Source: Tissierellaceae bacterium (GTDB taxonomy: Bacteria > Bacillota > Clostridia > Tissierellales > Tissierellaceae). Taken from it: 63,625 bases of DNA. Of the stretch, positions 19,730 to 28,961 are shown piece by piece (position 1 is the first letter of the stretch; each line of letters begins with the position of its first letter). The stretch spans positions 1 to 63,625 of the forward strand of contig JARIDA010000013.1 in NCBI GenBank assembly GCA_029257065.1, read 5' to 3'. The position numbers and the translations under genes were made by a program. The notes beneath the pieces were generated by a model that made no database searches, had not been told where the DNA came from, and saw only the letters and a program-made list of their open reading frames with translations.

Positions 19730-21016
19730 TTAACCCTCCTTTATTGGATTTATTACAGATAAAACAATTCTATCTTTATTAAAATGTTCTTTAAATCTAT
19801 TCATAACTTCTGAGAACTTTATCCCTTCCAGTAAATCTAGATATTCAAAAGATGAAAACCCTGACAACTCCATATCTAAAGAAGTATTAGCAATAAATTC
19901 TATTGAATCTAATCCCATTAAAAAACTTCCTATTTCATCATTTTTTATCCTATTAAAATCTTCCTCTTTTAATATTTCTTCTGCTGGTTTGTCAAAATAC
20001 TCAATTATTCTATTAGATACTAATCTAGGATCTTCAACTTCTCCTACTATCATAGAATATCCATAGTCAATTTTACCACTGAAATAAGCCCCAAAACTGC
20101 TGTCTATTAATCCTTCATCATATAGTTCATTATAAAACACAGAGCTTTCTCCTAGCAACATATCCAATATAATATTGGTTATTAAGTCTTTCTTTACTTC
20201 TTCAGCTCCTATATGCCCTATGTCATTATCTTTATATCCCATAAAAAACATTGGAGTAGAAGTCATCATATTTTTTTCTACATATTTCTCTCTTACTTCT
20301 TTAGGCTCTTCTACAATAAACTTTTCAATCTTTGATAGTCTTTCAAAGTCATTTCTTTCATATTTATTTACAACTTCTATTATTTTATCAAAAGATAAAT
20401 CCCCTACAATAAACAAAGTCATATTTTCAGGATGATAAAAAGTATTGTAAGTTCTATATAATAATTCTTTATCAATATCCTGTATAGTTTCAACTGTACC
20501 AGCAACATCTATTTTCACTGGATGATTATGATACATTGCGTCTAAACAATTAAAATAACCTGTCCAATTAGGGTCATCATCATACATTCTTATCTCTTGT
20601 TCTATAATACCTTTTTCTTTTTCCACATTTTCATCTGTAAAATGAGGATTTTGAACAAATTTAATTAAAGTTTCTAGTGATTCATAAAAATTATTTGTAG
20701 ATGTAAATAAATATGCTGTTTGATTGAAGTTTGTATATGCATTTACATCTGTTCCCAGTTCTGAAAACTTCTCAAAAACACTTTCCCCTGGTTCTTCAAA
20801 GATTTTATGTTCTAAAAAATGTGCTATTCCATCTGGAACTTTTAAGAATTCTTCTTCTCCTATAGGAATAAAATGATTATCTACAGATCCAAAGTCTGAA
20901 GCCAACATAGCATATTGTTTTCTAAATCCTTTTTTAGGAACATAGTAGACATCTAAGCCAGTTTCTGTTCTTTTGTGATATAAAGTTTCACCAATATTTT
21001 CTTTATATGTCTTCAT
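19730..21016 (-). CDS. M16 family zinc peptidase, active-type subunit (HxxEH present)
   Basis: Zinc motif in GIAHFLEHKIFE. Start placed at the ATG at 21016 (RBS AAGGAGAAAAAGATA); the ORF track starts at 21049. Confidence 0.85.
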   Translation of the reverse strand: MKTYKENIGETLYHKRTETGLDVYYVPKKGFRKQYAMLASDFGSVDNHFIPIGEEEFLKVPDGIAHFLEHKIFEEPGESVFEKFSELGTDVNAYTNFNQTAYLFTSTNNFYESLETLIKFVQNPHFTDENVEKEKGIIEQEIRMYDDDPNWTGYFNCLDAMYHNHPVKIDVAGTVETIQDIDKELLYRTYNTFYHPENMTLFIVGDLSFDKIIEVVNKYERNDFERLSKIEKFIVEEPKEVREKYVEKNMMTSTPMFFMGYKDNDIGHIGAEEVKKDLITNIILDMLLGESSVFYNELYDEGLIDSSFGAYFSGKIDYGYSMIVGEVEDPRLVSNRIIEYFDKPAEEILKEEDFNRIKNDEIGSFLMGLDSIEFIANTSLDMELSGFSSFEYLDLLEGIKFSEVMNRFKEHFNKDRIVLSVINPIKEG

Positions 21017-22304
21017 TATCTTTTTCTCCTTCTTTAACATTAGAGCCATTCATAAAATACATTGTATCTAATATAATCTTTTTACTTGCCTGAATAATTT
21101 CATCCTTTGTAACTTTTTGTACATTCTCTATTTTGCTATTAACATCTCTATAGTCATCTGTTAATTTACTATTAAAATTATATTCTAAAATATTATGAAG
21201 ACTATCTTCCACAGATTCTAATGATGATATTAAAGATTTTTTAGCTATTTCAATATCCCTCTCTGTAAAATCTCCTGTTTTCATCTTATTTAACTCTTCT
21301 TCAATTATTTTTAATGTATCCTCATATTTATCAAATTCTATACCTGCATCCACTGTTATAAAGGATTTGAATTTAAAAATTCTTGCAGCAATATAATATG
21401 CTAAACTCTCTTTTTCTCTAACATTTAAAAACAATTTTGAATTAGGTGTTCCACCAAATATTTGAACTGCTAATACTAATGCAGTATATAAATCATCTTC
21501 ATAGGGAATTCCTGTCCTATAAGCTAGAACTATCTTACCCTGATTTACATCTAATTTCTCCTCAACTGTCTTAATTTGATCAACTAATCCAGTTACTTTT
21601 TCCCTTTTCAAGGAAATAATATTTTCCCTGTCTGTCTTTATACTGGATTTTAAATAATCTATTGTTTTTTCCTTCATTTTTCCAGTATAAAATATTTCCA
21701 TAGGACTATCTTTTAATATTCTCTTATAGTAATCAAATAGTATTTCAGAACTAATATCTTCCATATCCTCTATATATCCTATTCTAGAAATTGCAAAACT
21801 TTCTCCGTTAAACATTTCTTCTATTGTTCTTTCTATTGCATAATTTCTCTTATCGTTGATTTTAGACTCTATTCTTCTTATAAGATTTTTCTTCTCTTGT
21901 TCTAAATATTCTTCATTAAAAACTCCATTTTCTAATTTAGGATTGAATATTATCTCAGTCACTAAATCTATTACTTCAGAAAAATAATTTTCATCATTTA
22001 TATATCTTTCATCAACAAATTGAAGAGTAAGCCTTATTATATGTTTATTTCCCCTTACTACTACATTTAAATTTAATCTCACTCCATATAATTCTTCCAT
22101 CTTTCTTTGAATTTCCAAATTATTTGAGTATTTTTCAGTACCTCTTCTTAAAACAAGTGTTAACAGTGCATTTTTTGTTGCATCTTCTCTCTTTAAAGGT
22201 CTTATAATATTAAATACTAATAATCTTGACTTAAACTTGTCTGTCTCAATTAAATTCAAGTTTATTCCTTTTTTTATATTAATTGTTTCCATATTATTTT
22301 CCAA
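21003..22304 (-). CDS. M16 family peptidase-like protein, inactive-type subunit (no HxxEH)
   Basis: 433 aa with insulinase-like layout. The position equivalent to HxxEH reads ALLTLVLRRGTE. Overlaps the partner gene by 14 nt. Confidence 0.75.
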   Translation of the reverse strand: MENNMETINIKKGINLNLIETDKFKSRLLVFNIIRPLKREDATKNALLTLVLRRGTEKYSNNLEIQRKMEELYGVRLNLNVVVRGNKHIIRLTLQFVDERYINDENYFSEVIDLVTEIIFNPKLENGVFNEEYLEQEKKNLIRRIESKINDKRNYAIERTIEEMFNGESFAISRIGYIEDMEDISSEILFDYYKRILKDSPMEIFYTGKMKEKTIDYLKSSIKTDRENIISLKREKVTGLVDQIKTVEEKLDVNQGKIVLAYRTGIPYEDDLYTALVLAVQIFGGTPNSKLFLNVREKESLAYYIAARIFKFKSFITVDAGIEFDKYEDTLKIIEEELNKMKTGDFTERDIEIAKKSLISSLESVEDSLHNILEYNFNSKLTDDYRDVNSKIENVQKVTKDEIIQASKKIILDTMYFMNGSNVKEGEKDNEDI

Positions 22305-22372
22305 ATAATCTCCTCCATTAAATAATTATACCCAAAAAAATATATATTAGACATTATAACATTTTTTCAATA

Positions 22373-22407
22373 TTAAAAGCCTTATCAAGAAAATGATAAG
22401 GCTTTTA
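22373..22407 (-). terminator. terminator after deoC
   Basis: AAAAGCCTTATC...GATAAGGCTTTT hairpin 4 nt after the deoC stop. Confidence 0.7.
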
Positions 22408-22410
22408 ATA

Positions 22411-23061
22411 TTATATTTTTTCTACTATTTTTATTCCTGCACTTGCTCCAATTCTAGTGGCACCAGCATCTATCATTTCTTTTGCCTTTTTATAATCTCT
22501 TATACCACCTGAAGCTTTAATACCCATATTAGGGCCAACAATCTTTTTCATAAGCTGAATATCTTCTACTTTCGCTCCATTTGTTCCAAATCCAGTAGAA
22601 GTTTTTACAATATCTACACCTGATTCTTTGGCTATTTCACAGGCTTTTATTTTTTCTTCTTTAGTTAAATAACAAGTTTCTATTATTACTTTAACAATAG
22701 TTTCACTATTAACTGATTGAACCACTGCTAATATATCTTCTTTTACTGTTTTATAATCTTTATTCTTTAAAGCAGCTATATTTATAACCATATCCACTTC
22801 ATCAGCTCCATCTTTAACTGCTAACTTAGCTTCAAAAGCTTTGATCTCTTTTTTATTATTTCCCAATGGGAATCCTATTACTGTTGCAATCCTTATATCA
22901 GAATCTAACAGTATTTCTTTGCATTTAGAGACATAATATGGATTTACACAAACTGCTTTAAAATCGTATTTAATAGCTTCTTTACATAGGATTTCAATCT
23001 CATCATTACTTGCTTCTGCTTTTAATAGAGTATGATCTATCATTTTTGAAAGAGTTGTCAT
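22411..23061 (-). CDS. deoC: deoxyribose-phosphate aldolase
   Basis: MIDHTLLKAEA..., DMVINI, IVKTSTGFG (Schiff-base lysine context), KASGGIR. Start moved to the ATG at 23061 (RBS GAGGAGG, 6-nt spacer). Confidence 0.93.
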   Translation of the reverse strand: MTTLSKMIDHTLLKAEASNDEIEILCKEAIKYDFKAVCVNPYYVSKCKEILLDSDIRIATVIGFPLGNNKKEIKAFEAKLAVKDGADEVDMVINIAALKNKDYKTVKEDILAVVQSVNSETIVKVIIETCYLTKEEKIKACEIAKESGVDIVKTSTGFGTNGAKVEDIQLMKKIVGPNMGIKASGGIRDYKKAKEMIDAGATRIGASAGIKIVEKI

Positions 23062-23075
23062 TAAATTCCTCCTCA

Positions 23076-23648
23076 TTAGCTTATGATTTCAACAACATCT
23101 CCATTCCTTGCTCCACAAGCATTTCCTTCTTCCATATCTAAATGCATTTCTAGTGCATAGTTATCAGAAACTCTTACTAGTACATTGTCAAATACAAGTC
23201 CTCTTGGTCCAGCAACTTTTACACTTACTAAATCTCCGTCTTCTAGTTCATAAGCCTTTGCATCATCTGTATGCATGTGTATATGTCTTCCAGCTACCAT
23301 TGTCCCTTCTGCTATCTCTACTTCGCCCTTTGGCCCTATAATTTTAACTCCTGGAGTTCCTTCTATATCTCCTGAGTCTTTAATAACACCTTTAACCCCT
23401 AAAGTAAAAGCATCTGTCATAGAAATTTCAATTTGAGTATCTGGTCTAACAGGCCCTAATATTCTTACACCTTCTAATGTTCCTTTTGGTCCTACAATAT
23501 CAACTTTTTCATCTGAAGCAAACTGACCTGGTTGAGATAAATCTTTTATTTGAGTTAATTCGTATCCTTCACCAAATAATTCATCTAAATCCTTTTGACT
23601 TACATGAATATGACGATTAGATAATCCTACTGTTAATTCTTTTTTCAT
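23076..23648 (-). CDS. pduL: phosphate propanoyltransferase / phosphotransacylase PduL
   Basis: Duplicated PduL signature: LSNRHIHVSQKDLDELFG and AGRHIHMHTDDA. Start moved to the ATG at 23648 (RBS TAGGAGGA). Confidence 0.88.
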   Translation of the reverse strand: MKKELTVGLSNRHIHVSQKDLDELFGEGYELTQIKDLSQPGQFASDEKVDIVGPKGTLEGVRILGPVRPDTQIEISMTDAFTLGVKGVIKDSGDIEGTPGVKIIGPKGEVEIAEGTMVAGRHIHMHTDDAKAYELEDGDLVSVKVAGPRGLVFDNVLVRVSDNYALEMHLDMEEGNACGARNGDVVEIIS

Positions 23649-23691
23649 TTTATATCCTCCTAATTTTAATTCAATTATTTCCATACACTAT

Positions 23692-23720
23692 ATTATATGC
23701 CTTTAACTTGAAAAAATCAA
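23692..23720 (-). promoter_or_regulatory. sigma-A type promoter for pduL-deoC
   Basis: Minus strand TTGATT (23720..23715), 17-nt spacer, TATAAT (23697..23692). Confidence 0.5.
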
Positions 23721-23730
23721 AGTTTAATAT

Positions 23731-24960
23731 TTATTGGAAAGTTTTATAGAAGTTTGGAAATGAGATTTTCACAGCATTACTATTTAATATTTCACTTTTA
23801 CCATCTATATTATATGCCATAATGGTTAATGCCATAGCCATTCTGTGATCACCATATGATTTGACAATGGCTGACTTTAAATCCAAACTTTCTTTTATCT
23901 TTAATCCATCCTCCAATTCTTCTATATTAACTCCAAATTTCTTAAGTTCATTATATGTGGCTGAAATTCTATCAGTCTCTTTATACCTTAATTCCTCTGC
24001 GCCTGTTATTAATGTTTTTCCATTTGCAAAAGAAGCAACTACTGATAATATAGGAATTTCATCTATCATTCTTCCCATAATATCCCTTCCTATATTAATA
24101 CCTTTTAAAGAAGATTTTCTTACTATTATATCAGCCATGTCTTCATTATTTATTTTCATCTTATTTTCAATTTCAATATTGCCACCCATATCTTTAAAGA
24201 CATCTATTATTCCCGTTCTAGTTTTATTTACCCCAATTTTTTTCAATTTAATCTTAGAGCCTTTATTTATAAGTCCTCCTGCTATAAAATAAGCCGCAGA
24301 AGATATATCCCCTGGGATAAATAACTCTTTTACTTTCCAATTGTTTTCTCTAAAATAATATAGCATTCTCTCTGTATGATCTCTAGATGGATTTTTTTCC
24401 ATTATATGACTATCTCTTTCAGCATATAGAGAAGCTAAAATAATACAGGACTTTAACTGAGCACTATCAACTGGCATTTTATAATCTATTGATTTAATAT
24501 CTTTATTTCCAATTATCTTAAGAGGAGCAGTATTATCTTCACTAGCTTCAATTGATGCCCCCATCTTTTTTAATGGTTTTATAATTCTTCCCATTGGTCT
24601 AGAAGTCAAGGATTTATCCCCTGTTAAAGTAGAATCGAATTTTTGACCTACAAGTAAACCAGCCATAAGCCTCATAGTTGTTCCTGAATTTCCACAATAA
24701 AGTTCACCTTCAGGTTTTTTAAGGCCATCTAGTCCTACTCCTATTATTTCAACTTCATTTTCATCATTAAATACTTTTATCTCAACTCCCATAGCTTTAA
24801 AACATTCAATTGTCCTAATTACATCTTCTGAAAGTAATATGTTTTTTATTCTCGTCTTTCCTTTAGATATGGATGAAAATATTATGCTCCTATGGGAAAT
24901 AGATTTATCTCCTGGAATTTCTATCTTATATGGATATTTCCCTTTACCTCTAATAATCAA
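23731..24960 (-). CDS. aroA: 3-phosphoshikimate 1-carboxyvinyltransferase (EPSP synthase)
   Basis: 409 aa. IPGDKSISHRS, NSGTTMRLM, DHRMAMA. Confidence 0.95.
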   Translation of the reverse strand: MIIRGKGKYPYKIEIPGDKSISHRSIIFSSISKGKTRIKNILLSEDVIRTIECFKAMGVEIKVFNDENEVEIIGVGLDGLKKPEGELYCGNSGTTMRLMAGLLVGQKFDSTLTGDKSLTSRPMGRIIKPLKKMGASIEASEDNTAPLKIIGNKDIKSIDYKMPVDSAQLKSCIILASLYAERDSHIMEKNPSRDHTERMLYYFRENNWKVKELFIPGDISSAAYFIAGGLINKGSKIKLKKIGVNKTRTGIIDVFKDMGGNIEIENKMKINNEDMADIIVRKSSLKGINIGRDIMGRMIDEIPILSVVASFANGKTLITGAEELRYKETDRISATYNELKKFGVNIEELEDGLKIKESLDLKSAIVKSYGDHRMAMALTIMAYNIDGKSEILNSNAVKISFPNFYKTFQ

Positions 24961-24961
24961 T

Positions 24962-25987
24962 TTAACACACCTCCATCAAAGCTTTTTTTATTTCTATTTC
25001 AGTCACATCATAAAAAACATCAACTTCAGCTTTACCTGTTGGCAAAATAAATACTATTTTTCCATCTTTATTTTTTTTATCATTATACATATAATTTATC
25101 AGTTCATCTATCATTGCCTCTGTATATATAACTCTTTTAACCAAAGGTTTTAAATTCTCTTCTATTTCATTCATATATTCCTCTGAAATAATTCCTCTAT
25201 TATAAGAGATTCTAGACTCATATATCATCCCTTTTATAACCGCTTCTCCATGTGTATATTGGGAGTAATCATAATAGGATTCTATGGCATGCCCTATTGT
25301 ATGACCAAAATTTAAAATTCTTCTGATTCCTGTATCTAATTTATCCTTTTCTACTATTTCCGATTTAATTTCCACAGATTTTCTAATTAATTTTTCAATT
25401 ATATCTAAATCTTTATTAAATATTCTTTTAATATTATTCTTTATTTTTAAAAATATTGAATAGTCATAGATAAGTCCATACTTTAAAATTTCACCTAATC
25501 CGGATATTATCTCTCTATCCTTTAAAGAATTTATAAAATCCGTTTGTATATATACTTTTTCTGGAAAATAGAATGCTCCAATAAGATTTTTATAACCCTT
25601 AAAGTCAATTGCTGTTTTACCACCAACACTACTATCCACTTGGGCTAATAGTGTAGTTGGTATTTGTATATATTTTATTCCTCTTTTGTAAGTAGCTGCT
25701 GCAAATCCTGATATATCACCAACAACGCCACCACCTAAGCCAATGATATATCCATCCCTTGAAATATTAAGTTTTAAAAGCACTTCATATATATTAGAAA
25801 GTTCTTCTAAACTCTTACTATCTTCTCCTGGATTTAATATTAATATTCTATCTGATTCTCCAATAATACTATTGATTTCTCTTTTATAAATATTATAAAT
25901 ATTACTATCAGTTATAATTAAGAAATCTTCTTTAAGCATATATTGCTCTATTTGTCCCCATATTTCTTTAGTAAATTCTATATTCAT
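24962..25987 (-). CDS. aroB: 3-dehydroquinate synthase
   Basis: 341 aa. GLGGGVVGDISGFAAATYKRGI, VDSSVGGKTAI, NFGHTIGHAIE. Confidence 0.93.
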   Translation of the reverse strand: MNIEFTKEIWGQIEQYMLKEDFLIITDSNIYNIYKREINSIIGESDRILILNPGEDSKSLEELSNIYEVLLKLNISRDGYIIGLGGGVVGDISGFAAATYKRGIKYIQIPTTLLAQVDSSVGGKTAIDFKGYKNLIGAFYFPEKVYIQTDFINSLKDREIISGLGEILKYGLIYDYSIFLKIKNNIKRIFNKDLDIIEKLIRKSVEIKSEIVEKDKLDTGIRRILNFGHTIGHAIESYYDYSQYTHGEAVIKGMIYESRISYNRGIISEEYMNEIEENLKPLVKRVIYTEAMIDELINYMYNDKKNKDGKIVFILPTGKAEVDVFYDVTEIEIKKALMEVC

Positions 25988-25989
25988 AA

Positions 25990-27111
25990 TTATCTTTCCT
26001 CTATATATTTCTTGTGTCGCTTATATCTATCCTTTATTACTTCCATATAATCTCCACCTAATAACTTTAATATTTCATTAGCTAAGACATAGGAGAGCAT
26101 AGATTCGCATACTATACTTGCTGATGGAACTGCGCATGCATCAGATCTTTCAAATTGAGATATGGATTCTTCCTTTGTTTCCATATTAACGGTTTTCAAA
26201 CCTTTTCTTATTGTAGGTATAGGTTTCATTGCTGCTCTTACAACTATATCTTCTCCATTTGATATTCCTGCTTCTATTCCTCCTGAATGATTAGTTTTTC
26301 TTCTATATCCTCCATCATATATTATCTCATCTTGAAATTTAGATCCTTTAATTTCTCCAGACCCCAGTCCTAATCCTATCTCTACTGACTTTATTCCTTG
26401 AATACTCATAATAGATCCAGCTATTTTCCCATCTAACTTATCATCCCAATTCGAATGACTACCTAATCCTACTGGGATATTTTTGCCTATAATCTCTATC
26501 TTCCCACCTAAACTATCTCCCTCTTTAATAACATTTTTTATTTCTTTAATAATTTCTTTTTCATCTTCTGAATTAGCCAACCTTATTTCTGAGCTATCTG
26601 CTCTCTTTAAATCCTCAGTTTTTATTCCACTATAATAATCTAATTTTACCCTTTTATCCCCTATTCCTATTACATGGCTATATATTTCTATGTCTAATTC
26701 TCTTAAAAACAATTTACATATACTGGCTAAAGCAACTCTCATGGCAGTTTCTCTAGCTGATGCTCTCTCCAATATATTTCTACCACCTACTTGATTGTAT
26801 TTAAGAGCACCTACTAAATCTCCATGACCTGGTCTAGGTCTGATAACTTCTGGGGTTTCTATATTGGTCCCCCTATTTTTCAAACTAATTGAAATAGGAT
26901 TGCCTGTTGTTTTACCATTACTCACACCTGATATTACTTGTATCTCATCTCTTTCAATTCCCATTCTCTCTGAACGTCCAAATCCCATCTGTCTTCTCTT
27001 AAGTTCATTATTTATAAATTGAATATCAAATTGAAGATTTGCAGGTATTCCGTCTATTATTCCAATTAACCTCTCACCATGGGACTCCCCCGATGTTAAA
27101 AATCTAATCAT
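25990..27111 (-). CDS. aroC: chorismate synthase
   Basis: 373 aa. RFLTSGESHG, RPGHGD, GRNILERASARETA, SDACAVPSA. Confidence 0.96.
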   Translation of the reverse strand: MIRFLTSGESHGERLIGIIDGIPANLQFDIQFINNELKRRQMGFGRSERMGIERDEIQVISGVSNGKTTGNPISISLKNRGTNIETPEVIRPRPGHGDLVGALKYNQVGGRNILERASARETAMRVALASICKLFLRELDIEIYSHVIGIGDKRVKLDYYSGIKTEDLKRADSSEIRLANSEDEKEIIKEIKNVIKEGDSLGGKIEIIGKNIPVGLGSHSNWDDKLDGKIAGSIMSIQGIKSVEIGLGLGSGEIKGSKFQDEIIYDGGYRRKTNHSGGIEAGISNGEDIVVRAAMKPIPTIRKGLKTVNMETKEESISQFERSDACAVPSASIVCESMLSYVLANEILKLLGGDYMEVIKDRYKRHKKYIEER

Positions 27112-27130
27112 GTTTTCCTCCTTAAATATT

Positions 27131-27164
27131 AATAAAGACTTCTACATCTGTAGAAGTCTTTATT
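27131..27164 (-). terminator. 16-bp hairpin between folT and aroC (terminator-like, weak U-tract)
   Basis: AATAAAGACTTCTACA-TC-TGTAGAAGTCTTTATT, followed on the minus strand by AATATTTAAGGAGG. Confidence 0.55.
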
Positions 27165-27179
27165 ATCTATCTCTATTAT

Positions 27180-27713
27180 TTATTCAAAATTTAATACTGG
27201 CTGTATATATTCTATGATTTTAGTAATTATATATGATTCAATAGGTATTTGTATGGCTGAAAATATTACTCTTTCAAAGAATAATACTATATAGGCCTTC
27301 CCAAAAAGTTGAGATAACCAATAGGTATTAAGTCCTATAGCAATTATAATTCTAGATATTGCCACTATGATTAACACTTTTGGTAAACTAATATTTCTCA
27401 TAAAATCTTTTTTATGCATTAATTTCATACTAATCAATCCAGGTATCATTCCCCATAATATGGAACTTATTGTAAATCCTAGATGGAAAACCCCTTGAGG
27501 ATTAATCATAAACCCTATCATATCTGCAACAAAACCTGTTGCTGCACCAATAATTGGACCGAATAATATTCCGGACATTATCAGAGGCAGTTCTCCAAGA
27601 CCTAATCTCAATGTTGGTGTTACCATAATAGAAACCAATCTGGTTAAGATTATGGATAGAGCAGCAAAGAAACTGGCTTGTACCATACTTCTAACATTTA
27701 ATTTAGCTTTCAA
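27180..27713 (-). CDS. folT: ECF transporter S component, folate family (FolT)
   Basis: 177-aa protein with about 6 TMs (GELPLIMSGILFGPIIGAATGFVADMIGF). Directly preceded by a THF riboswitch. Confidence 0.85.
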   Translation of the reverse strand: MKAKLNVRSMVQASFFAALSIILTRLVSIMVTPTLRLGLGELPLIMSGILFGPIIGAATGFVADMIGFMINPQGVFHLGFTISSILWGMIPGLISMKLMHKKDFMRNISLPKVLIIVAISRIIIAIGLNTYWLSQLFGKAYIVLFFERVIFSAIQIPIESYIITKIIEYIQPVLNFE

Positions 27714-27775
27714 TTTAACACTCCTTTCTTTAAAGTAACAGTCAACTGATACATTAAAGTTAGGAATTTTAATGC

Positions 27776-27867
27776 TACAGCGGATGCAATAAAAAGTCGC
27801 AGAAAATTCTTTCGTTTAAGGGCAACTTCCCATCCCTTAACACTTAACGCTTTTTATTTACTCTGTT
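27776..27867 (-). promoter_or_regulatory. THF (tetrahydrofolate) riboswitch
   Basis: Minus strand: ACAGAGTAAATAAAAAGCGTTAAGTGTTAAGGGATGGGAAGTTGCCCTTAAACGAAAGAATTTTCTGCGACTTTTTATTGCATCCGCTGT. It has the conserved AGAGTA, GCGTTAAGTG, ATGGGA, AACGAA and TTGCATCCGC blocks, with complementary arms ACAG/CTGT, ATAAAAAG/CTTTTTAT and TTAAGGG/CCCTTAA that I assign tentatively to helices P1, P2 and P3. Confidence 0.9.
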
Positions 27868-27875
27868 CACTATCT

Positions 27876-27903
27876 ATTATAACCTAATAGATTTATTTAT
27901 CAA
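27876..27903 (-). promoter_or_regulatory. sigma-A type promoter for the THF riboswitch-folT transcript
   Basis: Minus strand TTGATA (27903..27898), 16-nt spacer, TATAAT (27881..27876). Confidence 0.5.
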
Positions 27904-27931
27904 ATTATCATTAAGAACTTTTATAAATTTA

Positions 27932-28861
27932 TTAAGTTTTTCCTAATAAATTCAAGGCCTCTTTTACTAATTCTACAGATTTATCTTTTATAGACTGATC
28001 AATTATATAATTATTTTTTTCTATGGATTCTAAATACTTTTTTACTATATATCCTGTTGTTTTTTTCTCCATATTTTCTACTTCTCTATAGCTTTCCAGA
28101 ATTTCCTCATATATTTGTCCTGTTTCATAATCATATATAGGACTATTATCCATACCTGATAAATAGATCCATAAATTCCTACTATATATTTCCATCATAT
28201 TTTCATGTTTTTGTCCTTTGGAATATTTTTTAATATAATTTTCTGTTTTTAATATTCTCTCTACTAATTCTGAATAGCTAATATATAGTGATGCATCTAT
28301 GGCTATTGGTTTCTCTGAATCTAATGATTTAATCTCTATATATTCTTTAATTTCATCAGAGATATAACTATTATATTTTTTAAGTTTTTCATAATCTATT
28401 ATTGGATAAAATTCTCCTTCCAGATTTATTAATTTATAATTATTGTTTAAACTATCTTTAATTAATTCTCTAAGTTCATCATTTTCTATTTCTTTTACTC
28501 TATTTTCAGGAAAAAATAATTCCCTTCCTCCTAATTCAATTAATTCATAATTGACATCTGTTTTTATCATCTTTTCTTTTATTCTATCTATATTTTCTTC
28601 TAAATAGTTCTCCAACTCTAACAACATTTTATCTGAATCTCTATTTGTAACTAATTCTATATTTTCTTCAATATATAATAAAATTCCATTTACATTGTCT
28701 TCTTTATTTAACAGTTTTTTAAATTCTTCTAAATTATAGTCTTTATTTTCTTCTATAAACTCTATATCATTGGACTTTTTATCTTTAATATTAGTTTTGC
28801 AAGCTATTGTGAATAATAGTGTAAATGTAATCATTATATATATTAATCTTTTTATTCTCAT
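27932..28861 (-). CDS. putative lipoprotein, function unknown
   Basis: 309 aa. Signal peptide plus lipobox-like LFTIAC; the remainder is highly charged and helical. Strong RBS AAGGAGG. Confidence 0.6.
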   Translation of the reverse strand: MRIKRLIYIMITFTLLFTIACKTNIKDKKSNDIEFIEENKDYNLEEFKKLLNKEDNVNGILLYIEENIELVTNRDSDKMLLELENYLEENIDRIKEKMIKTDVNYELIELGGRELFFPENRVKEIENDELRELIKDSLNNNYKLINLEGEFYPIIDYEKLKKYNSYISDEIKEYIEIKSLDSEKPIAIDASLYISYSELVERILKTENYIKKYSKGQKHENMMEIYSRNLWIYLSGMDNSPIYDYETGQIYEEILESYREVENMEKKTTGYIVKKYLESIEKNNYIIDQSIKDKSVELVKEALNLLGKT

Positions 28862-28961
28862 AATTTACCTCCTTAGTTTATCATTTTAAACTAAATTTTA
28901 TAAAAATAAAAATAAAAAAGACCTAAGATAAACTCTTAAGTCTTTATATATTTCTAATATA

